DNA of 33,950 nt from an uncultured Planctomycetaceae bacterium (GCA_964635645.1 CAZWOV010000001.1:1-33950), one strand, 5' to 3'; positions 8,595 through 17,812 are shown, counted from the first letter of the stretch. Notes: generated from the sequence alone by a model not told the origin. Translations and numbers: made by a program.

Positions 8595-11285
8595 TTAATG
8601 ATTATCCTTAATCGGCGTATACCAGAACGACTGCCAGTACCGACCTTCCACGTCGTACGGATCAATGGAAGTTTTCGGCGTCGTCTCCGGAGGAAGAATC
8701 CCGTAACGAATCATTTCACGCAGATATCCCCAGCGCGGCGTAAATTTCTGCGGACAATCCGGACCGTTATTCACGCTCGGATGAAGCATCGAAAATCGAT
8801 TGTCTTCTTCCAGAATGTACCGTCTTCCCCGCTGAATATACTTCAAAATCAACTGGTAATCCGGATCGTTCGCGTCGGCGAAGACCTTCCGCCCCGACGC
8901 CGCCTCACATTTTCCAAGCCCTCCAGCCTCTTTTGAAAGCGGAGCGCGAAGCGCCTTGGATTTCTCCGGGTATGAAAGATTCCAGATCTCGTGCCGATTG
9001 TGCCGTCCGGATTCCTCGCACATATCGTGAACAACGTAGCGATTTTCCTGCGGCGGCCAGTACGACGCTTTGTATTCGGTGTTAAGCGAATAATTTCCGA
9101 TTTTCTTTTCTTCTTCCGTCGGACAATGACACGGATCGCACCGACGGCGGATTGCCTCGCGGGACGGTTCCGTTTCCGGCCAATCGTTGTCGTTTCGAAT
9201 GTTCACGTGCGCCACGAAATATCCCAACCCGCCGCAACCGCTGGCCGCATACACTCCGGAATAATTCGCCCCGGCGTCAAGCCAGTTACGGATAATCTTC
9301 CGCTCCTCTTCAGGCATATCCACGCCCTGGTGACCTTCTTCAATAAGTTTTAACAATCGGCTGGAACCCGTTCCAATTTCATACGGCGCGAAATTTCCCA
9401 TCGAACGATTCCGATTGTCGCCAAACAGCTTCCGCCAGGACATTTGCATATAGCCGAACGTATAGAGAGGATTCCATTCGCCTGAAATATTAAATCCACC
9501 CTCTTCCCGGTCATGATTGTGACATTCAAGACAATGCCGATCCAAAATTGGCTGGATATCCCGCGGAAAAGCAAATATTTCCGGTACGCCCGTTATTTTC
9601 TCCGGCTTCACAGAATTCGTACGTAAAAGGCGGTTCAAGCGGTCGCGTTCCTCGGCGCTGGGAGTCTCCGTCCGTTCTTCATGACATCCAATACACGCGG
9701 TAACCTCGCCCGGCATAACCGACGTAAATGAATGCATCCGCTTCACGCAATGGTCGTTTTCATCCATGGCGCAAAACAAAACGCTTCGTTTAGCGGGCAA
9801 ATCAAAATACGCGCTCCCGTCTTCCGAGACTGGAACCCTCCCCAAAAGGCGCGTAACGGAAAAGGTTCCCTCATTTGAAATCATGTCCATCCCGCCGGAA
9901 AAATTAACCGGTTTCGGCAAAACTTCGTATATTTTGATTGATTTGACCGTACCGGGCTTTACGTCTTTCATTTTTCTACCGTGGTAGATATTCACGAGCG
10001 CCAGCGTGCCGTACTCCTTCGACGGATCCGTCTGATCAGGAATCGCAACTTCCCGAGGACGCGGCATTACCGGACGCGCTTCCCCAACCCAAAAACCCGC
10101 GGCTTTCAATTCCTCCGGCAAGGTAAAAATAATTTCTTCCCGACCGTCCGCCGTTACCAGCGTAATATTTCCATGAGACGACGCAAGAAAATGATTCGCG
10201 CTGAACGCCCAGGGATCGGAATACTTTCCGCTTTTCGTAACGTATTGAACCGCCTTCGGATCGTCCGGTCCAAGCGTCGTGTCGAGAAGGACGATGTTTC
10301 CGTAGTGCTCCTTCCGTCCGTGTCCCGGCGAAAACGTACAGACGATTCTGTCGTTGCGTCCCGGAATCGGTTTCGGCGCCAACATGCAGTCCCACGTGGC
10401 GAAATTTCCATAAAGAACCATCTGTTTCGTACCGTCGGGATTTACAGTCCAGAGCGAGTGATACGTTCCCCAGTGCCGATCCACGTACTCCCACCGCATA
10501 TGCGCGACGCGGCCGTCGTTAAGAAACCACGGCGTATTGTCCTGTTCCACATTGGCGGAAATGCACTGAATATTCGATCCGTCAAGCTCGCACCGGTGCA
10601 ACGTCCCGACCTGCGTATAGTAACACTGAACATACCGATTCGCGCGCGTCGAACAGAAGATAATCCTGTCGTCCGGCGTGTACGTCGGTTCGTAGTCGTC
10701 CCAACCGGCCGGAGAATAATCCTGCATTCCGTCCAGATTTTTTGGACTGCGGCGAATCTCCGTTGTTTCCAGCGGTTTAACGCCGTCCGGAATCGGAATT
10801 TCGACGTCCTCTCCCTTCCCCGTAATCTGGCGCAATCCCGTCCCATCCAGATTCATCTCAAACAGACTATAGTGTTTCTTTCCCTTTGGAAGATAGGAGA
10901 AAATAAATTTTTTTCCATCGTAATGTATCTGCGGATCGCGCAAATTCCCTTCCGTATCCTCAAAGATCTTTCGAAGCGCCTTCGTTTTCACATTGAAAAT
11001 CCAGATTGCGCCGCCGGAATTTCGAGGAAACGGAACGCGACAGGAATTATCCGCATAGTAACCGATATTCGCGTACCAATGAGCGTCCGTACTCGGTTTT
11101 CGCGTTACGAAAAGCAATTCATCCGGCATCCCGTTCGCATGAAATTCCTCGACAAGACGTTCTTGAGAAGACATTTCCGATTTTTGAACGGATTCTTCCG
11201 CGGCAAAAACACTTCCGACAAAAAACAACAGATTCAACGTCGCAAACGCAAAGAATACCAAGGAAAAAAACGCGCTTTTTTTCAT
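8595..11285 (-). CDS. secreted HzsA-related / TolB-like beta-propeller protein with three c-type heme-binding motifs
   Basis: 896-aa ORF with a signal peptide (FFSLVFFAFATLNLLFFVGSVFAAE). The N-terminal half has a propeller-like pattern (LRDPQIHYDGKKFIFSY, NLDGTGLRQIT, TVNPDGT). Three CxxCH motifs were checked in the DNA: CIGCH at 9681-9695, CLECH at 9519-9533 and CDPCH at 9126-9140. The CLECHNHDREEGGFNISG context resembles the planctomycete cytochrome c (PSCyt) motif. Confidence 0.6.
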   Translation of the reverse strand: MKKSAFFSLVFFAFATLNLLFFVGSVFAAEESVQKSEMSSQERLVEEFHANGMPDELLFVTRKPSTDAHWYANIGYYADNSCRVPFPRNSGGAIWIFNVKTKALRKIFEDTEGNLRDPQIHYDGKKFIFSYLPKGKKHYSLFEMNLDGTGLRQITGKGEDVEIPIPDGVKPLETTEIRRSPKNLDGMQDYSPAGWDDYEPTYTPDDRIIFCSTRANRYVQCYYTQVGTLHRCELDGSNIQCISANVEQDNTPWFLNDGRVAHMRWEYVDRHWGTYHSLWTVNPDGTKQMVLYGNFATWDCMLAPKPIPGRNDRIVCTFSPGHGRKEHYGNIVLLDTTLGPDDPKAVQYVTKSGKYSDPWAFSANHFLASSHGNITLVTADGREEIIFTLPEELKAAGFWVGEARPVMPRPREVAIPDQTDPSKEYGTLALVNIYHGRKMKDVKPGTVKSIKIYEVLPKPVNFSGGMDMISNEGTFSVTRLLGRVPVSEDGSAYFDLPAKRSVLFCAMDENDHCVKRMHSFTSVMPGEVTACIGCHEERTETPSAEERDRLNRLLRTNSVKPEKITGVPEIFAFPRDIQPILDRHCLECHNHDREEGGFNISGEWNPLYTFGYMQMSWRKLFGDNRNRSMGNFAPYEIGTGSSRLLKLIEEGHQGVDMPEEERKIIRNWLDAGANYSGVYAASGCGGLGYFVAHVNIRNDNDWPETEPSREAIRRRCDPCHCPTEEEKKIGNYSLNTEYKASYWPPQENRYVVHDMCEESGRHNRHEIWNLSYPEKSKALRAPLSKEAGGLGKCEAASGRKVFADANDPDYQLILKYIQRGRRYILEEDNRFSMLHPSVNNGPDCPQKFTPRWGYLREMIRYGILPPETTPKTSIDPYDVEGRYWQSFWYTPIKDNH

Positions 11286-11581
11286 AAATTCACCTGCGGG
11301 TAAGAAAGAAGAAGGAAGGAAAATTTTCTGATTCCTTTTTACCCCAAACCTCGCTCGAAGTCAATGGGGGGTAAAAAAAATAACGTCGTTTTGCTCTCTG
11401 CCAAAATGAGACGCGCACAAACGTCGGCGATAAACGCTCGGGAAAAACGCGTTCGCCGCAATACCAGACCAGACAATTAGAGCGTCGCCCGAATCCCGTG
11501 CTGTCGATCGGCAAAGTTTCTTTAAATTCGCTCTAAAATTTCTCTCGTAAAAAGCCGGTCGTTACAGAAATTCGGTTTCTC

Positions 11582-12838
11582 TCACTTTACCAACTGCCAG
11601 ACGCCAGAAATCGCCAAAGCAAAATTTCGGGTCGATTCTTCATAATTCCTGGCCTCCAACGCTTTCGACGCGGTCTGCGCCATCTTCAAATACGACTTCA
11701 AATCCAAATTTCCTCTATGTTCAACACTTGAATAAAGTTCCTTGAAAATATCCATGAGAACTCTGGCAAACTTCTCGTCGCAAACCGCGCTGTACGTACG
11801 GTAAGGTCCTTTTCCATACCTTCTGACGAAAGCTTTCGGCCGTTTTCTGAAACAAATTCTGCACACGGCGGCAACCGCCCCCGCCGTTCCCGCCAGCAAA
11901 AGGGTTCCCCCTAACCACCCAGAAAGAAACGCGAGTGAAATGAATCCAAAAAGCAGTAACATTCCAGCTCCCGCCAACAGATATCCGACCCACTGCGGGA
12001 TCTCCGACAACGGCATTTCCGTCTGAACGGCAACAGGCAAAGGCGTTTCCCCCGATTTCAAAACAGCCTGCTGCGGACCAAGATATTTTACGGTAACAAC
12101 CGTAATATTGTCCGGACCGCCCCGCAGATTTGCAAGATCTACCAACGCTCTCACCGCCTGTTGAAGCGGCAGAACCGACAGAATCTTCCCCATTTCAGAA
12201 TCGTCTTCAAATTGCCCGCAGAGTCCGTCGCTGCACAAAAGAAAAATATCCCCCGGTAAAATGGAACTTGGCCCCTCAATATCAACTTTAATCTCCGGCG
12301 AAACCCCAAGACTGCGGAGCATTGAATTTTTATGAACGGTCTCGTCAATAGCTTCCCCCGCCTCCTGCTTCGCCCAAACGACGCTGTGGTCAAAAGTCAT
12401 CTGTTCCCACTTCTTTCCACGCAGACGGTAGACGCGGCTGTCTCCGACATGCCCAATCATCGCTCCCTCGGGAAGAATAACGAGCGTGTCGTTCGTGGTC
12501 CCCATTCCATGGAGTTCTTTATCTGAATTTCCCTTTTGTTAGATTTTTCTGTTGGCTTCCTGAATTGCCAGAGTCAAGGCCTCCGCCGGAGGAAGCTCCG
12601 TTTGTTTCAGATAAACATGCGGAATCGTATCCGTAGCCATTTTACTGGCTAATTCTCCCGCGGCGGCGCCCCCCATACCGTCCGCTACGCAAAAAACATG
12701 CCCTCGAGAATTCCATATTCTCTGATTTCGAGCGGGAACTTCCTGAAACGAATCCTGATTATTTGAACGCCGCATGCCGACGTCGCTGATCGCGACGGTT
12801 TCAAGACACTTTTCCCACGGATTTTCAGCTGATTTCAT
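11582..12838 (-). pseudogene. PP2C-family Ser/Thr protein phosphatase with a C-terminal membrane region, interrupted by one in-frame TAA
   Basis: ORFs 12539..12838 (VAISDVGMRRSNNQD...FCVADGMGG) and 11582..12505 (GMGTT...HVGDSRVY...LLCSDGL...GGPDNITVV) are the N- and C-terminal halves of one PP2C domain. They sit in the same frame. Read across the gap, the sequence is ...ANRKI * QKGNSDKELHG MGTT..., with the stop at 12539-12541. Two hydrophobic segments follow the catalytic domain. Confidence 0.8.
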
Positions 12839-12931
12839 GGGGCATCTCCCAAAAAAAAGTTTTGACTCTTGCGTTGTTTATTCTACCCGAAAAACTCAAC
12901 CTGACAAGACTTAACAGAGCTCGTTTTATAA

Positions 12932-12974
12932 AAAAAGACTGAGTTTGGTTCTTTTCTATCCAATCAGTCTTTTT
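12932..12974 (-). terminator. putative rho-independent terminator downstream of trmB
   Basis: AAAAAGACTGA (12932-12942) pairs with TCAGTCTTTTT (12964-12974). An inner TTGG/CCAA extension is possible. On the minus strand the stem runs into a T-rich tract. The loop is long, so confidence is moderate. Confidence 0.45.
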
Positions 12975-13006
12975 ACCCTGAAACTATCCGAGCGGCGTCA
13001 CCTTCA

Positions 13007-13642
13007 TTACTTTTTCACAAAATAGGAACGATAAACCGGGCGCCCCTCTACTACCGTTCGCTTTTCAAAATGAGTACGCCACGTATTCGCGTCGACATCC
13101 GGGGTAAAAGGCCCTTCCAGAATGGTATCTTCTTCCCGCATCATCTCCATTACCGTCGTGAAATACTCTTCGACGTCCGTCCAGAAATGAAGAACTCCGC
13201 CCGGCGTCAGGCATTTTTCACAGGCGCGCACCAGTTCCATCTGCATAACGCGGCGTTTACGATGACGTTTTTTCCACCATGGATCCGGAAAATAAACGTG
13301 AACGGCCGCAAGAGAGTTCTCCGGCAGAAAATCTCTGAAAAGAGCTAATCCATCGCCGGAAAACATGCATGCGTTCGAAATACCGTCGGCAATCAGATGC
13401 GCCGCGCAATACGCGGCGTATTTATGCGCAATCTCCGTTCCAATAAAATTATGTCCGGGAGCGGCCAAAGCCGCGTCGTGAATAAAATGACCTTTTCCAC
13501 TTCCAATCTCCACTTCAAGCGGAGCGTCCGGATTGTCAAAATAATTTCTAACGTCCCACGGTTGCCGAAGCTCTTTCACCAGATAAAGATGACGCGAATA
13601 ATCCAGGGATTCGTCAATTTTACGCAAAGCGCGACGCGGCAT
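13007..13642 (-). CDS. trmB: tRNA (guanine(46)-N7)-methyltransferase
   Basis: 211-aa ORF with the SAM-binding motif EIGSGKGHF and the TrmB hallmark YFPDPWWKKRHRKRR. Confidence 0.92.
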   Translation of the reverse strand: MPRRALRKIDESLDYSRHLYLVKELRQPWDVRNYFDNPDAPLEVEIGSGKGHFIHDAALAAPGHNFIGTEIAHKYAAYCAAHLIADGISNACMFSGDGLALFRDFLPENSLAAVHVYFPDPWWKKRHRKRRVMQMELVRACEKCLTPGGVLHFWTDVEEYFTTVMEMMREEDTILEGPFTPDVDANTWRTHFEKRTVVEGRPVYRSYFVKK

Positions 13643-13763
13643 AATGTTCCTCGTTTTAGGTAAAGTCGGATTGAAAATAAACCTCCAAAGGGTAATTTAT
13701 TCAAAAAATACGGTGAAACGCTGTTTTTAACCCCCGTCGGGGCGCACTCTCGTCGTTTCGGGT

Positions 13764-14264
13764 TTATTTCGTCTGGGTCCCGCGAATCGGAACGCCGCGA
13801 ATTTCACCGTCGGCAACGACTTCTCCATTAACAATCGCTTCAAACTGAAGGATCATCATCACATTCGGCTTAAGCTTAACAAGCTTCACTACCAGAATTA
13901 ATTTATCGCCTGGACGGACAAGACCGCGAAACTTCACGTTATCCATACCGCCGAATCCGATGATACCAGAATCTAGCGAATTAAGTTTTCCGGCAAAATA
14001 ACTGGCTAATTGAGCCGCGCTTTCGCAAATGAGCACTCCGGGCATAATCGGAAACCCCGGCATATGGCCGCGGGCCCAAAAAGGCTCCTGCGGGATGTCC
14101 TGAAAACCTACGCCGATTCCAGTTTCAAGATTTTCATAAAGAATGCCGTTAAGCATTTCCATTTCAAAACGCTGAGGATTTTTACTGCGTACTTCTTCCT
14201 GGTCCGCAATCAGATGCGTTAAATCAATCGCAGAAAGATCGATCAGCGAAGGTTTTTTCGCCAT
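13764..14264 (-). CDS. fabZ: 3-hydroxyacyl-ACP dehydratase, FabZ family
   Basis: Hot-dog dehydratase active-site region GHMPGFPIMPGVLICESAAQL, then FGGMDNVKFRGLVRPGD. I prefer the ATG at 14264 (MAKKPSLIDL), which has AAAGGA 7 nt upstream, over the track start at 14297. Confidence 0.85.
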   Translation of the reverse strand: MAKKPSLIDLSAIDLTHLIADQEEVRSKNPQRFEMEMLNGILYENLETGIGVGFQDIPQEPFWARGHMPGFPIMPGVLICESAAQLASYFAGKLNSLDSGIIGFGGMDNVKFRGLVRPGDKLILVVKLVKLKPNVMMILQFEAIVNGEVVADGEIRGVPIRGTQTK

Positions 14265-14355
14265 ACAGAATTCCTTTAAAATAAGCGCATACACCACGAA
14301 CCATACCTGAAATCGTGGTGTTGAGAAATATCATATACCAAAGAAAGGGGTATTC

Positions 14356-14454
14356 TCAGGTTTTAATCATATGACGTTTGGCTTTACGGGCCTGCGAAGA
14401 AGCCGGACGTTTACCATGATTAGCTTTTTTAACGATATGCTGCGGTTTGGACAT
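14356..14454 (-). CDS. 32-aa highly basic small protein (MSKPQHIVKKANHGKRPASSQARKAKRHMIKT), function unknown
   Basis: Too short for the ORF track. ATG at 14454-14452 and TGA at 14358-14356. A perfect AAGGAG (14467-14462) lies 7 nt upstream of the ATG, and a sigma70-like promoter lies further upstream. About one third of the residues are K or R, plus three H. Confidence 0.6.
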   Translation of the reverse strand: MSKPQHIVKKANHGKRPASSQARKAKRHMIKT

Positions 14455-14496
14455 TTTTTAACTCCTTAAGTATGACAAAGTAAAAAGTTGTTCTAA

Positions 14497-14524
14497 ATTA
14501 TACAGGATTTTATTATTTTTTCAA
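14497..14524 (-). promoter_or_regulatory. putative sigma70-type promoter for the small basic ORF and fabZ
   Basis: On the minus strand: TTGAAA (14524-14519), a 16-nt spacer, then a perfect TATAAT (14502-14497) with TG immediately upstream. Confidence 0.45.
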
Positions 14525-14554
14525 GGAGGGGCTACGTCTCTTTCCAACGTTTTT

Positions 14555-17500
14555 TCAGTCTTTTCTGAACCGGATACGCAATTCTTTAAATTCATTCGGA
14601 TACAAATCAAATTTAACAGAATCTTCTTCAATCGCAAACGTATTGAGTCTTTCGCCGTTAAAATCAATCTGTTCCGCGGAATCCAACGGACGTATGGCTC
14701 GAAACGCGACGCGAACTTTTCGCCCTTCCGTTTCTGCAAATCGGATTCTGGCGCCGTTCTCTTCCGCCTCCCAGTGCGTCACAAGAACATTTCGATGAGA
14801 AACATGCCCAAACCATCCGGAAAGAGACGCGTTTTGAGGCGTTTTTAATGCGACGGGAACCTGCGTAATCGGCGTCATGAATTCCATAGACGCGCGCGTT
14901 GGATAAGGCGTATCGACAGCAATTCCAAAACGGAAACGGCGCCCGGTTTCTCCCTGAACCAGAAGCAGAGTGTCAAGTCTGCGGCCTCCGCAATTTCGAT
15001 GCCACGGAAGACCGTTAGCGAGGAGAGCGATACTGGCGTCCGAGTATTCCGTATCATTTCCGCGTTCCGGGAGAAAATCTTCCTTCCGAAGTTCATGACC
15101 GCGAATACGCTCGGCTATTTCCTGCGATACGGTCGAAAATATCTTTGTTGACGCTGAATACTGAACAGGACGGATATTCACAAAATACGGAGCTTCTATT
15201 CTTGAAGCACGGGTCAACTGCGCGTGAAATCCGACGTTTCGGAAAATATCCACTGCCGAATCTCCCCACGCAATACGGTTCGCAATATAGGATTGCCATG
15301 GATTGCGTCCCAATTCTCGAAGCGGTTCAAGAAAAATGTCAAACTCAATAACCCGACTCCCGCGCCGCAACGTCGTAGTCTGCGCAAATCTTGCAACGAT
15401 CTCGCCGTTACGGTCCATAAGACGACCGGAAATTTCTATCTCGCTTCGATCTGCATAAATCGCCGGTTTAAAAGAATCCGCGGCCATAATAGAATACTCG
15501 TCCGGAGACTCGTTTTGAAGAGAATCAAGAGGCGCGGATTTCAGGCGCATTGCCAAAAGTTGCGAAAAACGGTTTCCTCGATGAGTATTATCGTAAACCG
15601 AACGCAGACGTCCCGTAAACAAATCAAACCGAAGCGTCAGGTATTCGTTCGTCATTATCCACATTCCGGATTCCCGATCCTGATAAACAGACGGCGGAAG
15701 AGTCCGTACTTTGGAAGATACTCCCCAAAACCAACGTTTCGTCTTTTGTTTCTCTGTCTCCGGAATATTCGATTGCGCAGGATCGTCCGCAAGTATCGCA
15801 AATCCAAGCGGCGGAACCTCTATCTTCGCGGCGTGAAGCGGCGTTTTGGATTCAGTCGAATTCATTTCCCAAAAATGCTTTTTAACCGGGCCCGCCTCTG
15901 CCGGAACCAATCTCGAAACAGAAAGAATTTTTTCCGTTTCGCTCAAATCAGTTGTTTTAGAGACGGAAAAACTTGCGGGATTCAAAAGCAAAAGAGCGTT
16001 TTTTCGAGTTCCGTCAGAAAGAACGGACGAAATTCTCTCCGCCGTTTTTCGTTCCCAGGCAAGCGTTTCCTGCCATGCCGTCGTAAAAAAATCTTTCGTA
16101 ACAAACGGCGTCGAGTCAAGACGTTCCAGAAGTTTCTCACCCAATGAAACGTTTTCAGAAACGGCGGGAACCGCCTTGAGCCAAACCGTAAGATTTTCCA
16201 GACTGCAAAGAGCCTCCAGACGCGTACGCAATTGATGGTAACGAGTCCAACGCGAAATTGGGTCCGCCTCTTTACGCGAAACATACTGAATTAAATAAGG
16301 CGAAACGTAACGTTCAGGAGAAAAATACTCGTCGGTACTTGAGTATTTTGTGGATTCAAAACATTCTTCAAATGTCGCAAGGTCTCCAAAAAGCGGAATC
16401 CAACGACAGGAACGTTTCAAAAGTCCATACCAGACGCTGGTCATGTCCTCGCCCGCCCAATGCGTAAATACGGCTCCAAAAGAATTATCGATATTGAGAA
16501 CTCTTGCGAGATTTTCCGGCAACATCGCGACGGAATCCGCTTTTTGAGCGTCCAACGGAGTTTTGGAAACCGCCTCCACCGCCTGCTTGTCGGATCCCTG
16601 CCATGCGATACGGCTTTGCTCGGACACAGGAAACTTTCCGTCGTCCAGCGTAAAATGAAGCGCTCCCTGAAACCCCAATCGCTTCAGGATTCCAGGAAGA
16701 AGAGGCGTTAAACCATATTTTCGCCGACCGTAAATCACCGGCGTTTTCCCGAGATACTTTTCGTAAATTTTTCGGCCGCGAATCAGCCGACGAACAATTC
16801 CCTCCTGCGTTAAAAGCGGGAATTCCGTTTCCGTCTCCTCGCCGCCGACAAGACAGACGTCTTTCGATTCGAGTTTCTTTTTCAGCTCCTGAATCATCTC
16901 CGGATAATTTTCCGCCATTTTCTGAACGACAAACGCGTCGGCAAGCAGGTTCATTTTGGAGGCGTTTTCCAACTCGTCCTTAAAAGATTCCGGAAGATAT
17001 TCCCTGTCCAAAAGCGCCAAGTCAAAAAGGCTCCCGTCCTGCGGCGCATAGTATTGCCGGGCCTGAACCAGCTGGTCCCAGACATTCTGCATTTCTCGCC
17101 GGGCTTTAACCGCGTCGCCGGAATCGCGCGCCTTAAGAGTTTCCAAAACTCCCGATGAAAACGAAGAAGAATCAAGATAGCTCATAAACTGCAATTTATG
17201 CGCCATAATCTCCGAAAGAAGGTGCGTCATTCCCAACGCGAGAAAATCCGCAATTTGCGGCATTTCCGGATCGTCCCACGGAACGGTTTTCGCGGAGTCA
17301 ACCGTTTCAGACTCCCGGGAAACGACGCTTTCGTTCGACATGTCGGCGCTCTCGATATCCTCTTTGCCTTTTTCTCCGGCGCCAATTTCATCATCCTGAC
17401 AAACTTCGGATTCCACTCCGCTTTCCGTTGCGGATTTATCTTCAATCGTTTCGTGATTTTCAACCCGTTCGTCTTCCGCTTCCCGTCGTAAAATCTCAAG

Positions 17501-17812
17501 AAGCTCGCCGACCAGTCCTTCCAGAGAAGAACAGTCTTTAAGAAATAAACAGTTTCTGTTTTCAGCCCGTTCTATCCAATAGGAATCAAGAATGTCCAAC
17601 GTTGGAGAAGGAGTAATCACAATTGCGTTTTCCGGCTCGTCGTAAACATAAAGTCCATAAAGCGGCGTCGCTGTTTTTTGCGTCAGGCGAATAACGTCCG
17701 GATGATAGACGGCAGTCCATGCGGTCAAAATTTCCTGGCAATCCTTCGTAGAAATGTTTAACGAAAGGGAATCCATTCCCTGAGATGGAAGCGCTACAAA
17801 AATTTCTCTCAT
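14555..17812 (-). CDS. large conserved-type hypothetical protein with a GH38 (alpha-mannosidase)-like core, probably non-catalytic
   Basis: 1085-aa ORF. Residues ~320-392 (LVGGEETETEFPLLTQEGIVRRLIRGRKIYEKYLGKTPVIYGRRKYGLTPLLPGILKRLGFQGALHFTLD) parallel the GH38 N-domain block GG.WVE.D.N.PSGE.LVRQ...G......FG....W.PD.FG.S..LPQIL...G. The PD.FG nucleophile position reads GRRKYG, and the N-terminal H.H.D metal motif is absent. An acidic insert spans residues ~108-178. The coding call is solid; the family call rests on remembered motifs only. Confidence 0.5.
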   Translation of the reverse strand: MREIFVALPSQGMDSLSLNISTKDCQEILTAWTAVYHPDVIRLTQKTATPLYGLYVYDEPENAIVITPSPTLDILDSYWIERAENRNCLFLKDCSSLEGLVGELLEILRREAEDERVENHETIEDKSATESGVESEVCQDDEIGAGEKGKEDIESADMSNESVVSRESETVDSAKTVPWDDPEMPQIADFLALGMTHLLSEIMAHKLQFMSYLDSSSFSSGVLETLKARDSGDAVKARREMQNVWDQLVQARQYYAPQDGSLFDLALLDREYLPESFKDELENASKMNLLADAFVVQKMAENYPEMIQELKKKLESKDVCLVGGEETETEFPLLTQEGIVRRLIRGRKIYEKYLGKTPVIYGRRKYGLTPLLPGILKRLGFQGALHFTLDDGKFPVSEQSRIAWQGSDKQAVEAVSKTPLDAQKADSVAMLPENLARVLNIDNSFGAVFTHWAGEDMTSVWYGLLKRSCRWIPLFGDLATFEECFESTKYSSTDEYFSPERYVSPYLIQYVSRKEADPISRWTRYHQLRTRLEALCSLENLTVWLKAVPAVSENVSLGEKLLERLDSTPFVTKDFFTTAWQETLAWERKTAERISSVLSDGTRKNALLLLNPASFSVSKTTDLSETEKILSVSRLVPAEAGPVKKHFWEMNSTESKTPLHAAKIEVPPLGFAILADDPAQSNIPETEKQKTKRWFWGVSSKVRTLPPSVYQDRESGMWIMTNEYLTLRFDLFTGRLRSVYDNTHRGNRFSQLLAMRLKSAPLDSLQNESPDEYSIMAADSFKPAIYADRSEIEISGRLMDRNGEIVARFAQTTTLRRGSRVIEFDIFLEPLRELGRNPWQSYIANRIAWGDSAVDIFRNVGFHAQLTRASRIEAPYFVNIRPVQYSASTKIFSTVSQEIAERIRGHELRKEDFLPERGNDTEYSDASIALLANGLPWHRNCGGRRLDTLLLVQGETGRRFRFGIAVDTPYPTRASMEFMTPITQVPVALKTPQNASLSGWFGHVSHRNVLVTHWEAEENGARIRFAETEGRKVRVAFRAIRPLDSAEQIDFNGERLNTFAIEEDSVKFDLYPNEFKELRIRFRKD

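Noticed and set aside
8406-8936. 176-aa plus-strand ORF spanning the pgi/HzsA-like intergenic region.
   Set aside because: Its second half overlaps the 3' end of the 896-aa minus-strand gene. The product is basic and low-complexity, with no ribosome-binding site or motif.
9981-11303. Very long antisense ORFs opposite real genes. Examples: 440 aa at 9981..11303, 307 aa at 15224..16147, 293 aa at 20810..21691, 260 aa at 19745..20527, 238 aa at 7630..8346 and 235 aa at 26285..26992.
   Set aside because: Each lies fully inside, and antisense to, a gene with strong family motifs. Their products are R/K/F-rich low-complexity strings with no recognisable motifs. The pattern is explained by codon bias of the sense genes, which rarely use TTA, CTA or TCA and so leave few antisense stops.
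12539-12541. The idea that the in-frame TAA in the PP2C gene reflects an alternative genetic code.
   Set aside because: TAA terminates several well-delimited genes in this same window (tmk, the HzsA-like gene, trmB, fabZ). No other conserved gene here is interrupted by any stop codon.
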